64,000 nucleotides of DNA from IMG/VR virus record IMGVR_UViG_3300032007_001727; one strand, written 5' to 3'. The translations under genes were made by a program, and so were the position numbers. Under the pieces are notes generated by a model. The model did no database searches. It was not told where the DNA came from and worked only from the letters and a program-made list of their open reading frames with translations. Source of the DNA: a virus. Lineage: Duplodnaviria; Caudoviricetes. This document shows, one piece after another, positions 1 through 10,329 of the stretch (positions are counted from its first letter, which is position 1; each line of letters starts with the position of its first letter).

Positions 1-3000
1 CCACCAAGATTTACAATGACCATTAAGGGGTTTTACGGTAAACCGGTCACATATGAGGTCTTATGTGACAAATTTGAGACTAGTTTTAATTCTGAAACCG
101 GTGATTTTGACGTTGACACTAGGTTTATAGGGTACACGTATTCGTTTATGACCGATATTGTAATAGATGCATTATTGGCCGCTCCTTATTCTGACTATGG
201 CGGCAGGGATGAGTCGGATACATACAACAACTATTGGCAGCAACAAATTGAATCCGGCCGTTTTACAATACCAAACAAGGAAAAGACCAAAATGGACAAT
301 ATGCCGACACTTCTTGAAATATATAACACTGTCAAAAGCATTATGTCCACAAAGAGCGGTGTTACAAACGCCATAGATGACGAAGAGTTGAACCACAAGA
401 ATGAAATATCAAAACTAGCATTAATAAAGGAATCATTTGATGAATGGTATGAAACTCTTTATAACGAGTGTGTAAATAAATTCGGAAAGGAATATTGTTA
501 TCTGTTCAAGAGTACCGGCTATTATTACAGATTACTCATTTTAACCACCAACAACACAGATTCTAGTGCAAATACACTGTCAAGCGTGTATGATACATTT
601 AGTGATAAGTTCAAGAGTCTCAATCAAGACTTGAATACAACCATAAGTGAATTTAACACGTCAAAGGACAAGTTCATGACTCTCAGTGGTGTATCCTCTG
701 ATTTTTCAGCATACAAGATTTTTTCATTATTCAATGCAATAACACTTATGTATGACGGAACACTGAAATTTAATGGTTTTAGTTCAACGTGTAATTTACC
801 TAGGGAGGAAGTGTATGCAAAACTGAATAGTGAAAATAAGAATTTATTTGAGTTGATATACAATGACGGAACTAACCAATATCTGAATTGTTATGTTGTC
901 AATGTCGACTATAGTATGATAGTGAATAGGATAAATTCATTACAGTTGGATGCAAACAAGAGTTCAGAGGAAAAGGAAATGGAGCGTAAAAGGAAAGCCA
1001 TTAACGAGGAAATGTTCAAACGTCTTAATTGGTATCCTTCCGTATCTAATTTCAGCAAAATAATGATTGCGCACTTGGAAACCTTTATGAAGCAACTATA
1101 TGATTGTGTGAACAAGTGTGGTGACAGAAGGGCAAGTCAGTTGGGTGTGGATGCCAATGGCAACCTAGACATGAAAAGTATCGACAAAGACCCTCAGATA
1201 CCTCCATTCCCTAGGGTTTATAAGAGTAAGATGGGTGATGACCGTTTGGTCACAAATGAAGATATTTGGGTTGGAGAATTCACGGACGGAATCGGTTTTG
1301 AGGAGGTTAATTTCATTAACGGCTTGTTAAATGGTGCTTCAAAGGTCAACAATGAGTATAAATCTAGCGCACAGCAATATGGTGAGGCGAGCAGAGAATT
1401 ACGCGGGTCATATAACGGAGAGACATTTATGACACATCCGTTGTCATCTTTTGACCTATACACAAATAAACCGGTATATGACTTTGCCGGTGACATATCA
1501 GATGGTGTTCCAAACGGTTATGTATTGGCCGGAAAGATTGCCATCAGAATGTTTAATATCCTAGCCGTGAACTATTTCAAGAAGGAGTTGGGTGATTTGT
1601 TTGACAATAATATCGGTAGGATTGGTGCAATTGAGGCGGATAATTTCTTCGATACGACTAGGATTACCAATAAAAAATTAATGGAAATGATTTCTAACCA
1701 CACTTTCAATTCAGCGAGTGTGATAGACATTATAACCAATAAGAGTAGTGACCATCCTTGGGGCAACGAACCATTGTTCAAACCGGGGGATGACTTGGTT
1801 TTCAACCGTTATTATGTTGATAAGTTGAAGGAAAAGTTTTATATTTTCCCAATACAAGATATTTCATTTGAAAAACTTGATGAGACGCTTAAAATGGTGA
1901 GCCAAGAAGGAAAACTGACCAATTCTAACGGAAGTATATCATTAACTAAGATTCCTTCAAACATAGTGGATAAATATGTCAATGAAGATGACTCATTCGG
2001 ATATGGTTCTACCTTGATACTTGATAACCGGTCGATAATAGAGGACAAGATTAATTCGGCGAACACATACCCTAGCGATAATTATTATCAAATCTATTCA
2101 GCCATACAATCCGCAACATCCTATGATGAGCAGTTTGCCATGACTTTCATACATACGAACAATGAAGATGGAAAGGCATCATCCGTTACAACCAAGATAC
2201 CGACAGATGGCATTAGAAGTATGCGGCCGATTACAGAAAGTGATGACGTTGCCAAGGTGAAGGTCATTAACAATAAGGGTGAGGAGGATATAATCGACTT
2301 AATTAATACTACGTCATATAACTTCTCTAGTTTGACAATAACTGAAATCTTCGGTATTCATAAAAATTCCTTTAACTTGGACAAGAGCAACAGTTTCTAT
2401 TCTTGTGCCCTTAAAAAATTTAGGGAGGGGAAATGTATGCTATATCTTGGCCTTGGTGTCGGTGGGTACAAGTTTGAGGCTGAAGTGATGTTGTTGGCTG
2501 AGGCATTAATATGTATTGAATTGAACAATTCGGCAATTGTGGATTATTTGCGTAACCCGCACACCGTCACATATGTCCCTAGAATAGTCGCATTGCAGAT
2601 TGGTGCGTTGATATTCGTCACCGGCGGAATTCATGGTCCGACGAATAAATCTCGCGTATTAAATACTCAAGTTGGCTTGTGGAATTATGCCAAGTCGCTT
2701 AGTAAGATGGCAAAACACCAATATGAAAAATATTTCATAGATTGGATTACTGCACATAAAGCATATACTAAGGAAATATTCGATGAGAGCAATTATCTCA
2801 AAACGGATGATAATTCATCTAGAATGATTCTCAACCAAAACAAGCCATTCGTAAAAGAATTTACGAACGAACTGCTTCATGTGGTATGCATCGTCCGTCT
2901 TTCTCAGATGTACGATAACACCAATGACAATTACAGATTAAGCATAGGTAATGTGAGGTCTTATTTAGACGGGTTCTTGGAACGATTGGCAGAATTGTAT

Positions 3001-5793
3001 AATTCATATACGAACAACAATAACAGCGCAGAGAATTCAATCATAAAGACCTCGAAGGAACCGTCCATAGTAAATGTGGAAATGAAAAAGGAACTCTACA
3101 GATACATTAAGCAAATCTATGATAAATGGGTACCGATGTCATCCTTTGATGATTGGACCATAGAGTCATTCTTTAACACTAGCAGTGGCGAAACTGAGGG
3201 TCATAAGTTCTATTTCATAGACTCGTACTATAATGATATAGGGCATAAGTTATTGATAAATCCTCTTGTAATATCTGAAAAAATCGGAATATTACTATCA
3301 ACTCCGGATATTAATTCAATGATGCTAGGATTTATGGCTGATATGTTTTCGGCAAACAAGGCAATGTTCTTGACCATACAGAATTTCTTTGACTTAAAAC
3401 AACCTGGTTCAATGGATGAAATGTTTAAGCCGATACCATATGTTGACTTGTCAATGAATAAGGTCAATAGGTATCCTAGTTTTGTCGTGGTTTATCCGTA
3501 TCAGCCTTCAAAAAACTTGGATGTAACAAACGGTGAATATAAGAATGACGGCTTCATGCTCAATGATGAGAATGAGACACCGATTGCAATTAGGACAAAG
3601 TTAAACAACGAAGACGGACACTACAGAATACCGGCATTCGGTGTGGCTTACGGTAAGCAGTATCAGAGTTATTTCAAGAGGGTAAACGTGAATATGCAGA
3701 GTCCAATAGCAACGGAACAAGCGATAAGGATGAAGCATTCCATAATTCTTGGTCATGCGACAGCGGGAAAAATGGGCATAAAATCCCAAGACATGTATGA
3801 CATATATGCTTCTAACTCATACACTTGTACAGTTGAAATGATGGGTTGTGCATGGGTTCAGCCATTGATGTATTTTGTGTTATTGAACGTACCAATGTTT
3901 AGGGGTTCATATTTGGTCTTGAGTGTAAAACATTCGATGAGACCGGGTGATATGACAACAACCTTCACCGGATGCAGGATGTCAAACGTATCAAACACGT
4001 TGGTAAGTGAAATATTCACGGATGACATGATTGATTCAGCAGACATACAATACTATGAAAGTGAGAAAAAAGAAGAATTGGCGGCAAAGGTTGATAATGA
4101 CTGCCCGTATAAGGTGTATAATTTAAAGGACACGGCAAAGAAGATGACTGAAGCGGAACTCAAAAAGGGTGTTGAATTAATGGGAAAATTAAGTGAAGAC
4201 TTTCCCCCAATCGCCGCTGCCGGTATTGTCGGAAATATGTTCCAAGAGTCTAGATTTAACTATAAAGCATGTAACAAAGACAATAATGGTTATTTTGTCG
4301 GTGGCTTATTCCAATGGAATGATAAATATTGTAATCTAACAAGAATGTGTGATGGTGATTCTAATAACTATGGACAACCCGGTGGTACAAGGAAATTCAA
4401 AACATTAGATGAAGTACGTAATGAATTAAATTCAACAACACAAAGCGAGGATTATCAAATAGATTTCATGAAGAAAACGTTAAAACCATCTGCTCGTGAG
4501 GCATTAAGCGTGTCTACTAGTCCGTCTGATTCGGCTAAAAAGTTTAATGATGCATATGAAATTGGCTCAAGTGAGAATAATAGGATGAATTACGCCGAAC
4601 AAGTGTATGCCTTCTATCAGTCACAGTCTTCTGACAAAGTTGTTGATTCTTCGTTTGATAATACAAAGGAAAAACTCCTATACAACAGATTCTTTGAAGT
4701 TGTAAATAAGTCTGCAAAGGAAACACCTTCCATTGGTTTGGAACTTGTAAGCGGAATAACAGACAACAATTACTTGGAAATAAAGCAAGCAAACGGTAGG
4801 TGTGACAAAATGTGTAATGTTTTGGATTTAATTCTAAACAGTGAATACTACAATTATGTCAAAGAATTGAAATCCGTTTATTCTAACGGAGGCTTAAATG
4901 TTGATTCTTCACCCACGGCTATATATTGTTTATTATCCAATACGGTTGAACCAAACAATAAATCCGTGGTTGTTGAGGTAAATACGGAAAAACAAGTTAG
5001 GGAAATCCCAACCGGTGACGGAAGTTCAAATTCATTATTGCTGAAGTCTTTGGCAAAGAGGAGGAAGAAACTAAATAATGACAAATACTTTAAATCAGAA
5101 GTAAAACAAATAAAAGATATTAGCGCTTTGGATAAATATATGTGTAATGATTGTGCTTCTCAGACGAGAAATGATGGTTGGACCGGTTCATTGAAGGGTT
5201 ATAACGGTAATGTTAAAAAGGGTTCAGACCTTTATATCATACTTGATGTTGAGCATGATGGGCTTGCATTAGATTATTTGAATTCCGATAAACTTAAAAA
5301 TAATTACAAACTTTTGAGAGAAAGTGTAAGTGGGTCGGCTGCGTATCGTGGGTGCTGTACTTCCGGTCCAAGCACATGGTATGGTCGGGTCAAAAGATTC
5401 CAAGGAAAAGGTAAAAGTCTTCTTTGGTGGAATAATAAAGACGTAACTGATAGTGACCATAATACAACCGGCAAGAATTTCAAAGACAGAGGTTTTATTT
5501 TAGTTTGGCATGGAGGATTAAAGGACGCTGAAAAATTATCAAATAGTTTGTTCTGTCCGGGTGACATTGCCACATTCCATGTGTATAACGGAAAGAAATC
5601 TACATCACATGGTGTTATGTGGACCGGTAAAGATTGGCGTAGCGATTGTATACAAAACTCTTTATCGTGTTATAAAACAAACGGCAAGGATAGAGACGGC
5701 AAATATTCGGTATGTATATGGAGACACGAAGGTTTAATCCGTGAAGGTCTTGATGTTGACAATGTTGATGATTTACTTAAAGAAGTCTCTTAA
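1..5793 (+). CDS. Giant tail/baseplate hub-type protein with phage tail lysozyme domain and C-terminal CHAP/NlpC-like amidase domain (N-terminus runs off the window)
   Basis: The frame is open from base 1. AAAGIVGNMFQESRF...GGLFQWN...F..AYE (~4210-4620) is a Phage_lysozyme2-like motif. C-terminal GCC...PGDIATF...SHGVMWTGKDWRSD has the Cys/His papain-like amidase pattern. YTCTVEMMGCAWVQPLMYF...GSYLVLSVKH resembles baseplate hub/gpD-like domains. Confidence 0.7.
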   Translation, partial: PPRFTMTIKGFYGKPVTYEVLCDKFETSFNSETGDFDVDTRFIGYTYSFMTDIVIDALLAAPYSDYGGRDESDTYNNYWQQQIESGRFTIPNKEKTKMDNMPTLLEIYNTVKSIMSTKSGVTNAIDDEELNHKNEISKLALIKESFDEWYETLYNECVNKFGKEYCYLFKSTGYYYRLLILTTNNTDSSANTLSSVYDTFSDKFKSLNQDLNTTISEFNTSKDKFMTLSGVSSDFSAYKIFSLFNAITLMYDGTLKFNGFSSTCNLPREEVYAKLNSENKNLFELIYNDGTNQYLNCYVVNVDYSMIVNRINSLQLDANKSSEEKEMERKRKAINEEMFKRLNWYPSVSNFSKIMIAHLETFMKQLYDCVNKCGDRRASQLGVDANGNLDMKSIDKDPQIPPFPRVYKSKMGDDRLVTNEDIWVGEFTDGIGFEEVNFINGLLNGASKVNNEYKSSAQQYGEASRELRGSYNGETFMTHPLSSFDLYTNKPVYDFAGDISDGVPNGYVLAGKIAIRMFNILAVNYFKKELGDLFDNNIGRIGAIEADNFFDTTRITNKKLMEMISNHTFNSASVIDIITNKSSDHPWGNEPLFKPGDDLVFNRYYVDKLKEKFYIFPIQDISFEKLDETLKMVSQEGKLTNSNGSISLTKIPSNIVDKYVNEDDSFGYGSTLILDNRSIIEDKINSANTYPSDNYYQIYSAIQSATSYDEQFAMTFIHTNNEDGKASSVTTKIPTDGIRSMRPITESDDVAKVKVINNKGEEDIIDLINTTSYNFSSLTITEIFGIHKNSFNLDKSNSFYSCALKKFREGKCMLYLGLGVGGYKFEAEVMLLAEALICIELNNSAIVDYLRNPHTVTYVPRIVALQIGALIFVTGGIHGPTNKSRVLNTQVGLWNYAKSLSKMAKHQYEKYFIDWITAHKAYTKEIFDESNYLKTDDNSSRMILNQNKPFVKEFTNELLHVVCIVRLSQMYDNTNDNYRLSIGNVRSYLDGFLERLAELYNSYTNNNNSAENSIIKTSKEPSIVNVEMKKELYRYIKQIYDKWVPMSSFDDWTIESFFNTSSGETEGHKFYFIDSYYNDIGHKLLINPLVISEKIGILLSTPDINSMMLGFMADMFSANKAMFLTIQNFFDLKQPGSMDEMFKPIPYVDLSMNKVNRYPSFVVVYPYQPSKNLDVTNGEYKNDGFMLNDENETPIAIRTKLNNEDGHYRIPAFGVAYGKQYQSYFKRVNVNMQSPIATEQAIRMKHSIILGHATAGKMGIKSQDMYDIYASNSYTCTVEMMGCAWVQPLMYFVLLNVPMFRGSYLVLSVKHSMRPGDMTTTFTGCRMSNVSNTLVSEIFTDDMIDSADIQYYESEKKEELAAKVDNDCPYKVYNLKDTAKKMTEAELKKGVELMGKLSEDFPPIAAAGIVGNMFQESRFNYKACNKDNNGYFVGGLFQWNDKYCNLTRMCDGDSNNYGQPGGTRKFKTLDEVRNELNSTTQSEDYQIDFMKKTLKPSAREALSVSTSPSDSAKKFNDAYEIGSSENNRMNYAEQVYAFYQSQSSDKVVDSSFDNTKEKLLYNRFFEVVNKSAKETPSIGLELVSGITDNNYLEIKQANGRCDKMCNVLDLILNSEYYNYVKELKSVYSNGGLNVDSSPTAIYCLLSNTVEPNNKSVVVEVNTEKQVREIPTGDGSSNSLLLKSLAKRRKKLNNDKYFKSEVKQIKDISALDKYMCNDCASQTRNDGWTGSLKGYNGNVKKGSDLYIILDVEHDGLALDYLNSDKLKNNYKLLRESVSGSAAYRGCCTSGPSTWYGRVKRFQGKGKSLLWWNNKDVTDSDHNTTGKNFKDRGFILVWHGGLKDAEKLSNSLFCPGDIATFHVYNGKKSTSHGVMWTGKDWRSDCIQNSLSCYKTNGKDRDGKYSVCIWRHEGLIREGLDVDNVDDLLKEVS

Positions 5794-5797
5794 TAAT

Positions 5798-5829
5798 TTT
5801 GTTTTTTAGCATTTTTTATATATTTTTGC
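5798..5829 (+). promoter_or_regulatory. Bacteroidota primary-sigma promoter (-33 TTTG / -7 TAnnTTTG)
   Basis: TTTG at 5798 and TATTTTTG at 5821, just upstream of ORF 5844. Confidence 0.7.
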
Positions 5830-5843
5830 ATAAAATGTGAAAA

Positions 5844-6434
5844 ATGATGAAAATATTAGGCTATATTGTTTCCGAAAAAAAGATAAAAGGATTGGATTTT
5901 TGTGTTAAACAAGTTGATAATATCGGGCTTGCAGACAGAAGCAAGCCCGTATTAATCGTTGGTTGGGACAAGGCAAAGGAACAAGGGGACTATACCAACA
6001 TTTTAAATAAAAAATTAGGTGATAACTTGTTTTGGACTTTCGGAAAAACAGAAAGTCGCTCAGACTTTGAACTCGATTTGTCTAATTTTTATAATTATAT
6101 ATATAATAATATAATAAATAATATTAAGTATATTAATATTAATATTTTTAAGATAAAATATAATAAAATAAAAAAAATATTATATTATATATTATATTCT
6201 AAAGAAGATAAGACTATTTATATTAATAATGGGATGTTATATATACCATTTAAGGGCGATATTATAGGTGTTTCGTTGAGAATTATGGAATACTGTGGGA
6301 TGAAAGAAGAAAAAATACTTAAGAAATTAACTTCAAATCCACATAATAAAATTTGTGACAACACAAGCAAGTCCATCCTTAAACTTTCAAATCGCCTAGG
6401 AAATAATAAGTACGTTATACCGTACTTAGTATGA
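5844..6434 (+). CDS. Hypothetical phage protein (LIVGW motif; very AT-rich N/I/Y/K middle)
   Basis: 196-aa ORF directly after a promoter. Confidence 0.65.
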   Translation: MMKILGYIVSEKKIKGLDFCVKQVDNIGLADRSKPVLIVGWDKAKEQGDYTNILNKKLGDNLFWTFGKTESRSDFELDLSNFYNYIYNNIINNIKYININIFKIKYNKIKKILYYILYSKEDKTIYINNGMLYIPFKGDIIGVSLRIMEYCGMKEEKILKKLTSNPHNKICDNTSKSILKLSNRLGNNKYVIPYLV

Positions 6435-6449
6435 ATAAAATTTGAAAAA

Positions 6450-6857
6450 ATGACACTAAAAGGTAATATAATAGGAATTTTTATTAAGAAAAATAGAATA
6501 CTTTCATTTTTAGAAACCCTAAAACACAAATATGGTGTCGGATACGATAAAATTTTTGTACATGAAATAGACACCAATAAATACGAATACCTTGTGACCT
6601 TCAAGGTCTTTGACAAGGAAAAATTCATTAAAGAGATACCCGGATGTTCCGTGATGCACGTCAAAAACAAGTGCTTTTTCTCAATAAACGCATTAAATAA
6701 ACTCATTGAAACGGAAAAGGATAACTCAAACCAACCTAATAATGAATATGTTATCGATTGGGATAATTTAAAAAATAAGTTAATTATAACTTCAAATAAT
6801 GAATTATCAATTTCTAATTTGACCAAAATAGACGATTTTTGTTATTTTTTCAAGTAA
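6450..6857 (+). CDS. Hypothetical protein
   Basis: 135-aa co-oriented ORF. Confidence 0.65.
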   Translation: MTLKGNIIGIFIKKNRILSFLETLKHKYGVGYDKIFVHEIDTNKYEYLVTFKVFDKEKFIKEIPGCSVMHVKNKCFFSINALNKLIETEKDNSNQPNNEYVIDWDNLKNKLIITSNNELSISNLTKIDDFCYFFK

Positions 6858-6895
6858 AATAGTTCAATAATTCTTAAAATTTATAGATAATATAC

Positions 6896-6903
6896 TATTT
6901 ATA
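6896..6903 (+). promoter_or_regulatory. Putative phage late-promoter motif TATTTATA (one of >=13 copies)
   Basis: Oriented TATTTAT(A/T/G) close upstream of gene starts. Other copies: 21067, 27739, 29408, 33004, 50717, 51946, 54245, 62718 (+) and 27674-81, 36981-88, 61614-21, 62675-82 (-). Confidence 0.6.
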
Positions 6904-6923
6904 GGAGAAAAAATCTTTATATA

Positions 6924-7184
6924 ATGGGAAAATTCATACTTAAGCATATTGATAACAGAAAACCGCAAGTAACTAGGACTGAAAGTGCTAGCGATTCAAA
7001 TAATAAAATTAATGAAGTTGTTATGACTACAAGTGAAAAAATAGCAATTGCCCAAGAGGTACTTAACGGGCAACCCCAAGCACACAGTGTAAAGAAAGTG
7101 AAAAAGGACAGGGGTCTTATAGAGAGAACGGAGAGTTCAAAGATTGTTCTTACAGAAGATAATAAGGAATTATTGAACGATTAG
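6924..7184 (+). CDS. Hypothetical protein (probable late gene)
   Basis: 86-aa ORF after TATTTATA motif. Confidence 0.65.
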   Translation: MGKFILKHIDNRKPQVTRTESASDSNNKINEVVMTTSEKIAIAQEVLNGQPQAHSVKKVKKDRGLIERTESSKIVLTEDNKELLND

Positions 7185-7191
7185 TATAGAT

Positions 7192-8040
7192 ATGGCAACC
7201 AACGTAAAATATCTTAAAGAGAATAACTTATATGATGCGCACAAGCATTTCATGGAATTGAGTGAAGCATATCAATATTTTCCGGAAGACTTGGAAGAGG
7301 CTGATGACGATATGAACCAAAATCCAATGGATAACCAAGACCCAAACGGAATGGGTGGTGACATGGGTATGCCCCAAGACCAAAACGGAATGGGCGGACC
7401 ACAAGACCCTAATGGCATGGGCGGCGATACGGGTATGCCACAAGACCAAAACGGTATGGGTGGTGACATGGGTATGCCCCAAGATGACCCAAACGGTATG
7501 GGCGATGATATGGGTATGTCTCAACAAGGCGGTCTTGACACCCCTCCAATGGGTGAGATTGAAGACGATGTCCAAAAGGAGGATGAACCTAGTGACACTA
7601 TCGACATAGATGACCTTACCAAGGCGCAAGAAAAGTTGAATGTCAAACAGAACCACGTAGGAAGGGATTTGGTAAAGGTTGACAATAAGATAGAGAAACT
7701 TATTGACACTCTTACCACGTTGCTGCATAAGGTTGATGACAATAACACTGAGATTGAAGCACTCAAGGCCGAGTTCGAGAAGAGAAACCCGACACAGACG
7801 GAGAAGTTGAATCTCCGTTCATTGGATTCTTACCCATTCAGCGTCAAGCCAACGGATTATTGGTCCAAGAAGGCACTTGAGGGTGGTTATGAGGTCTATG
7901 CCGATAATGATGAGCCGACAACGAAGGAATATGTCATCACCAACAATGACGTTGATAATCCTTCGGATGACATAGCAAATACCTTTTTCAACATTGATGA
8001 CGATGATATTCAGACATTATCAAAAATTTTCAACATATGA
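7192..8040 (+). CDS. Acidic protein with Gly/Met/Pro repeats and coiled coil (possible scaffold/assembly protein)
   Basis: QD(P/Q)NGMGG(DMGMP) repeats, followed by a heptad-rich segment. Confidence 0.6.
   Translation: MATNVKYLKENNLYDAHKHFMELSEAYQYFPEDLEEADDDMNQNPMDNQDPNGMGGDMGMPQDQNGMGGPQDPNGMGGDTGMPQDQNGMGGDMGMPQDDPNGMGDDMGMSQQGGLDTPPMGEIEDDVQKEDEPSDTIDIDDLTKAQEKLNVKQNHVGRDLVKVDNKIEKLIDTLTTLLHKVDDNNTEIEALKAEFEKRNPTQTEKLNLRSLDSYPFSVKPTDYWSKKALEGGYEVYADNDEPTTKEYVITNNDVDNPSDDIANTFFNIDDDDIQTLSKIFNI
7336..7520 (+). repeat. Imperfect coding tandem repeat, about 5 copies of QDxNGMGGDMGMP
   Basis: caagacc(c/a)aaacgg(a/t)atggg(t/c)gg units recur directly in the DNA. Confidence 0.85.
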
Positions 8041-8411
8041 GGAAAGTAATACTTAGAGAGGAATCATATAATCATTTGATTAACGAAATAACTTATGGAA
8101 TGGTTGATAGGGCTTATGAAAGGTCTTATCAACTGTTCGATGACTTGTCCACTAGGTTTGACGAGTTCTATTCATCATTGAACGAGGCGTTATACAATTC
8201 AGAAGACGGTAATCCGTATTTAAGTCAAATCAAGGAACTTGCAGACAATATCCGTGATATCCTTATTAAAAAGGATTCACAGCGTGACAAGTTCAACAGA
8301 GAGGCATCAAAGGTCGATTTCCGTAAATTCAACAGAAGCGAGGAATCCAATGAGAATGACATGGATGACTTGGACTTGACTTATTTGCAGAACAAATATC
8401 CAAAGCATTAA
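8037..8411 (+). CDS. Hypothetical protein (putative virion-internal protein, N-terminal K-V-I-L-x-E motif)
   Basis: 124-aa ORF with ATGA overlap on the upstream gene. Confidence 0.65.
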   Translation: MRKVILREESYNHLINEITYGMVDRAYERSYQLFDDLSTRFDEFYSSLNEALYNSEDGNPYLSQIKELADNIRDILIKKDSQRDKFNREASKVDFRKFNRSEESNENDMDDLDLTYLQNKYPKH

Positions 8412-8454
8412 CTCAAAAAATTTGAGTTAATGTAAGGATTTTTTTACAATTTTT

Positions 8455-8487
8455 TTTGTTTTTTTAACATTTTTTATATATATTTGC
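8455..8487 (+). promoter_or_regulatory. Bacteroidota -33/-7 promoter for the replication genes
   Basis: TTTG 8455, TATATTTG 8479. Confidence 0.75.
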
Positions 8488-8553
8488 ACAAAGATAACTT
8501 AAGTACGTTTTGACGTACATTTAAAATAATTTTATAATAATTTAATTTTTTTT

Positions 8554-9585
8554 ATGGATGAAAAGAAATTTGTCATTAACATTGACTATGACGCTGTGAA
8601 GGAACAGTACGAAGAAGAACAAAGACTTTATTCCCCCAAAAAGACAACAACCTTCGACGAGAAGAATTATCTCCAAGCGAGACTTAATCCCGGAGAGAAC
8701 CAAAAATCACTTACCATAAGACTTTTGCCCTTTTCAACGAACGGGGGCGACGTATTCCAAAAAGTGTACGCCCATACCTATAAGGTCAACAAAGAGGTTG
8801 CCCCTAGCGGCTGGAAGACATTTATATGTCCGAACCACAACACCAAGGACGGGGAATCGTTCAATGTTGAGGGATGCCCGTTCTGTGAGACGGCTGCAAA
8901 GGCCAAGGAGTTGAAGAATGCCGCATTGGATGAGGCAACAAAGAAGAAATACGGTGAGGTTGAGTTTATGAGCCGTGTCAAGACAATGTGGATTGTAAGA
9001 TGCATCGACAGAGACCACGAGGAAGACGGTGTAAAGTTTTGGCTCTTCAACTCCTCAAAGAAAAAGGACGGTGTTTGGGACCAAATCAACAACTTGGCCA
9101 AGATTCGTTCGGCTGCGGCTGAACGCAAGGGCAATAAGTATAATATCTTTGATGTGAATAACGGTCTAGACTTGATTGTCACCCTTACTAGGGATGAAAA
9201 CAACAAGACAAGGATTCAAGTTGTTGATGACGGAACGCCGTCACCATTGTCAGATGACGTTGATTTGGGAAACTCTTGGCTTATGGACGAGAAGAAGTGG
9301 TACGAGGTATATACGGTCAAGCCATACAACTACATGTCCATAATCGTAAGCAACGGTGTCCCGGTGTATAACAAGGAACTTGGAAAGTATGTGGACAAGT
9401 ATGCCAACAATGAGGCACGGCCGCAGAGTGAGGACTTGACAAGCGCAGAGGACGGCGACGAGCCGATTGACTTCTCGAAGATAGTATCTTCCGGAGACAT
9501 TATCACAGACACTACGGAAAGTGCAACGGTTCAGAGTGAAGCACCAGTTTCCGGAAATAATGATGATGAAGACTTGCCGTTTTAA
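8554..9585 (+). CDS. Single-stranded DNA-binding protein, T4 gp32-like
   Basis: IRLLP, H...CP...CPFC zinc motif, GVKFW, IFD...GLDL, acidic tail ending DDEDLPF. Confidence 0.8.
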   Translation: MDEKKFVINIDYDAVKEQYEEEQRLYSPKKTTTFDEKNYLQARLNPGENQKSLTIRLLPFSTNGGDVFQKVYAHTYKVNKEVAPSGWKTFICPNHNTKDGESFNVEGCPFCETAAKAKELKNAALDEATKKKYGEVEFMSRVKTMWIVRCIDRDHEEDGVKFWLFNSSKKKDGVWDQINNLAKIRSAAAERKGNKYNIFDVNNGLDLIVTLTRDENNKTRIQVVDDGTPSPLSDDVDLGNSWLMDEKKWYEVYTVKPYNYMSIIVSNGVPVYNKELGKYVDKYANNEARPQSEDLTSAEDGDEPIDFSKIVSSGDIITDTTESATVQSEAPVSGNNDDEDLPF

Positions 9586-9590
9586 TTACC

Positions 9591-10259
9591 ATGACACCGG
9601 TTCTTAAGTTTTATTTCGGTCCAATGTCTTCATCGAAGACACTGCGTCTCTTGGCCCTAGCACACGATTTCGAGGAAAAGGGGATACCCATCTTGGTACT
9701 TAAGCCGTCCGTTGACAACAGAGACGGCTACGGCGTGATTAAGTCTAGGGCCGGACTTAGCAGGGATTGTTTGATGGTGGATGAGTCCGTGAACATCTTT
9801 AATATGGTTGAGGATTTATACAGAAGAAGCCTACGTGGTGAAACCATTACTAGTGAGGGGCAGACCACACAATCTCTGAAATATGTGTTCATTGACGAGT
9901 GTCAGTTCTTGACGGAAAAACAAGTGGATGAATTGTCCGACGTTGTTGATTTTTTAGACATTAATGTCTTATGCTTCGGACTGAGGACTGATTTTCAAAG
10001 CAAGTTGTTCCCGGCATCAAAGAGACTCTTCGAGTTGGCTGACGAGATAGAGGAAATCAAGTCCGTATGTGACTGTTGGTATCGCAATAATGTCATTAAC
10101 GCAAGGTTGGACTCTAACGGTAGGATTGTCACGGACGGAGAGCAAGTCTTGGTCGGAGGTGATGACAAGTACACACCCATGTGCAGGAAATGTTGGAAAA
10201 ACATCATCAGAAGGAAAAGAATGAATGATAAACTGCGCACGGCAGTTGTACATACGTAA
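9591..10259 (+). CDS. tdk: Thymidine kinase
   Basis: FGPMSSSKT P-loop, IDECQF, FGLRTDF, C-x-C and GGDDKYTPMCRKC zinc motifs. Confidence 0.93.
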   Translation: MTPVLKFYFGPMSSSKTLRLLALAHDFEEKGIPILVLKPSVDNRDGYGVIKSRAGLSRDCLMVDESVNIFNMVEDLYRRSLRGETITSEGQTTQSLKYVFIDECQFLTEKQVDELSDVVDFLDINVLCFGLRTDFQSKLFPASKRLFELADEIEEIKSVCDCWYRNNVINARLDSNGRIVTDGEQVLVGGDDKYTPMCRKCWKNIIRRKRMNDKLRTAVVHT

Positions 10260-10329
10260 TATTTTAGGACGAGCAGTCGTTCATCAAAAAACAAAATTTG
10301 AAGAATAATTTAAGAAAAATTTATCTGTT

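Noticed and set aside
6085-6235. Extremely AT-rich patch as a replication origin
   Set aside because: It lies within an open reading frame and shows no iterons; cannot be supported from sequence alone
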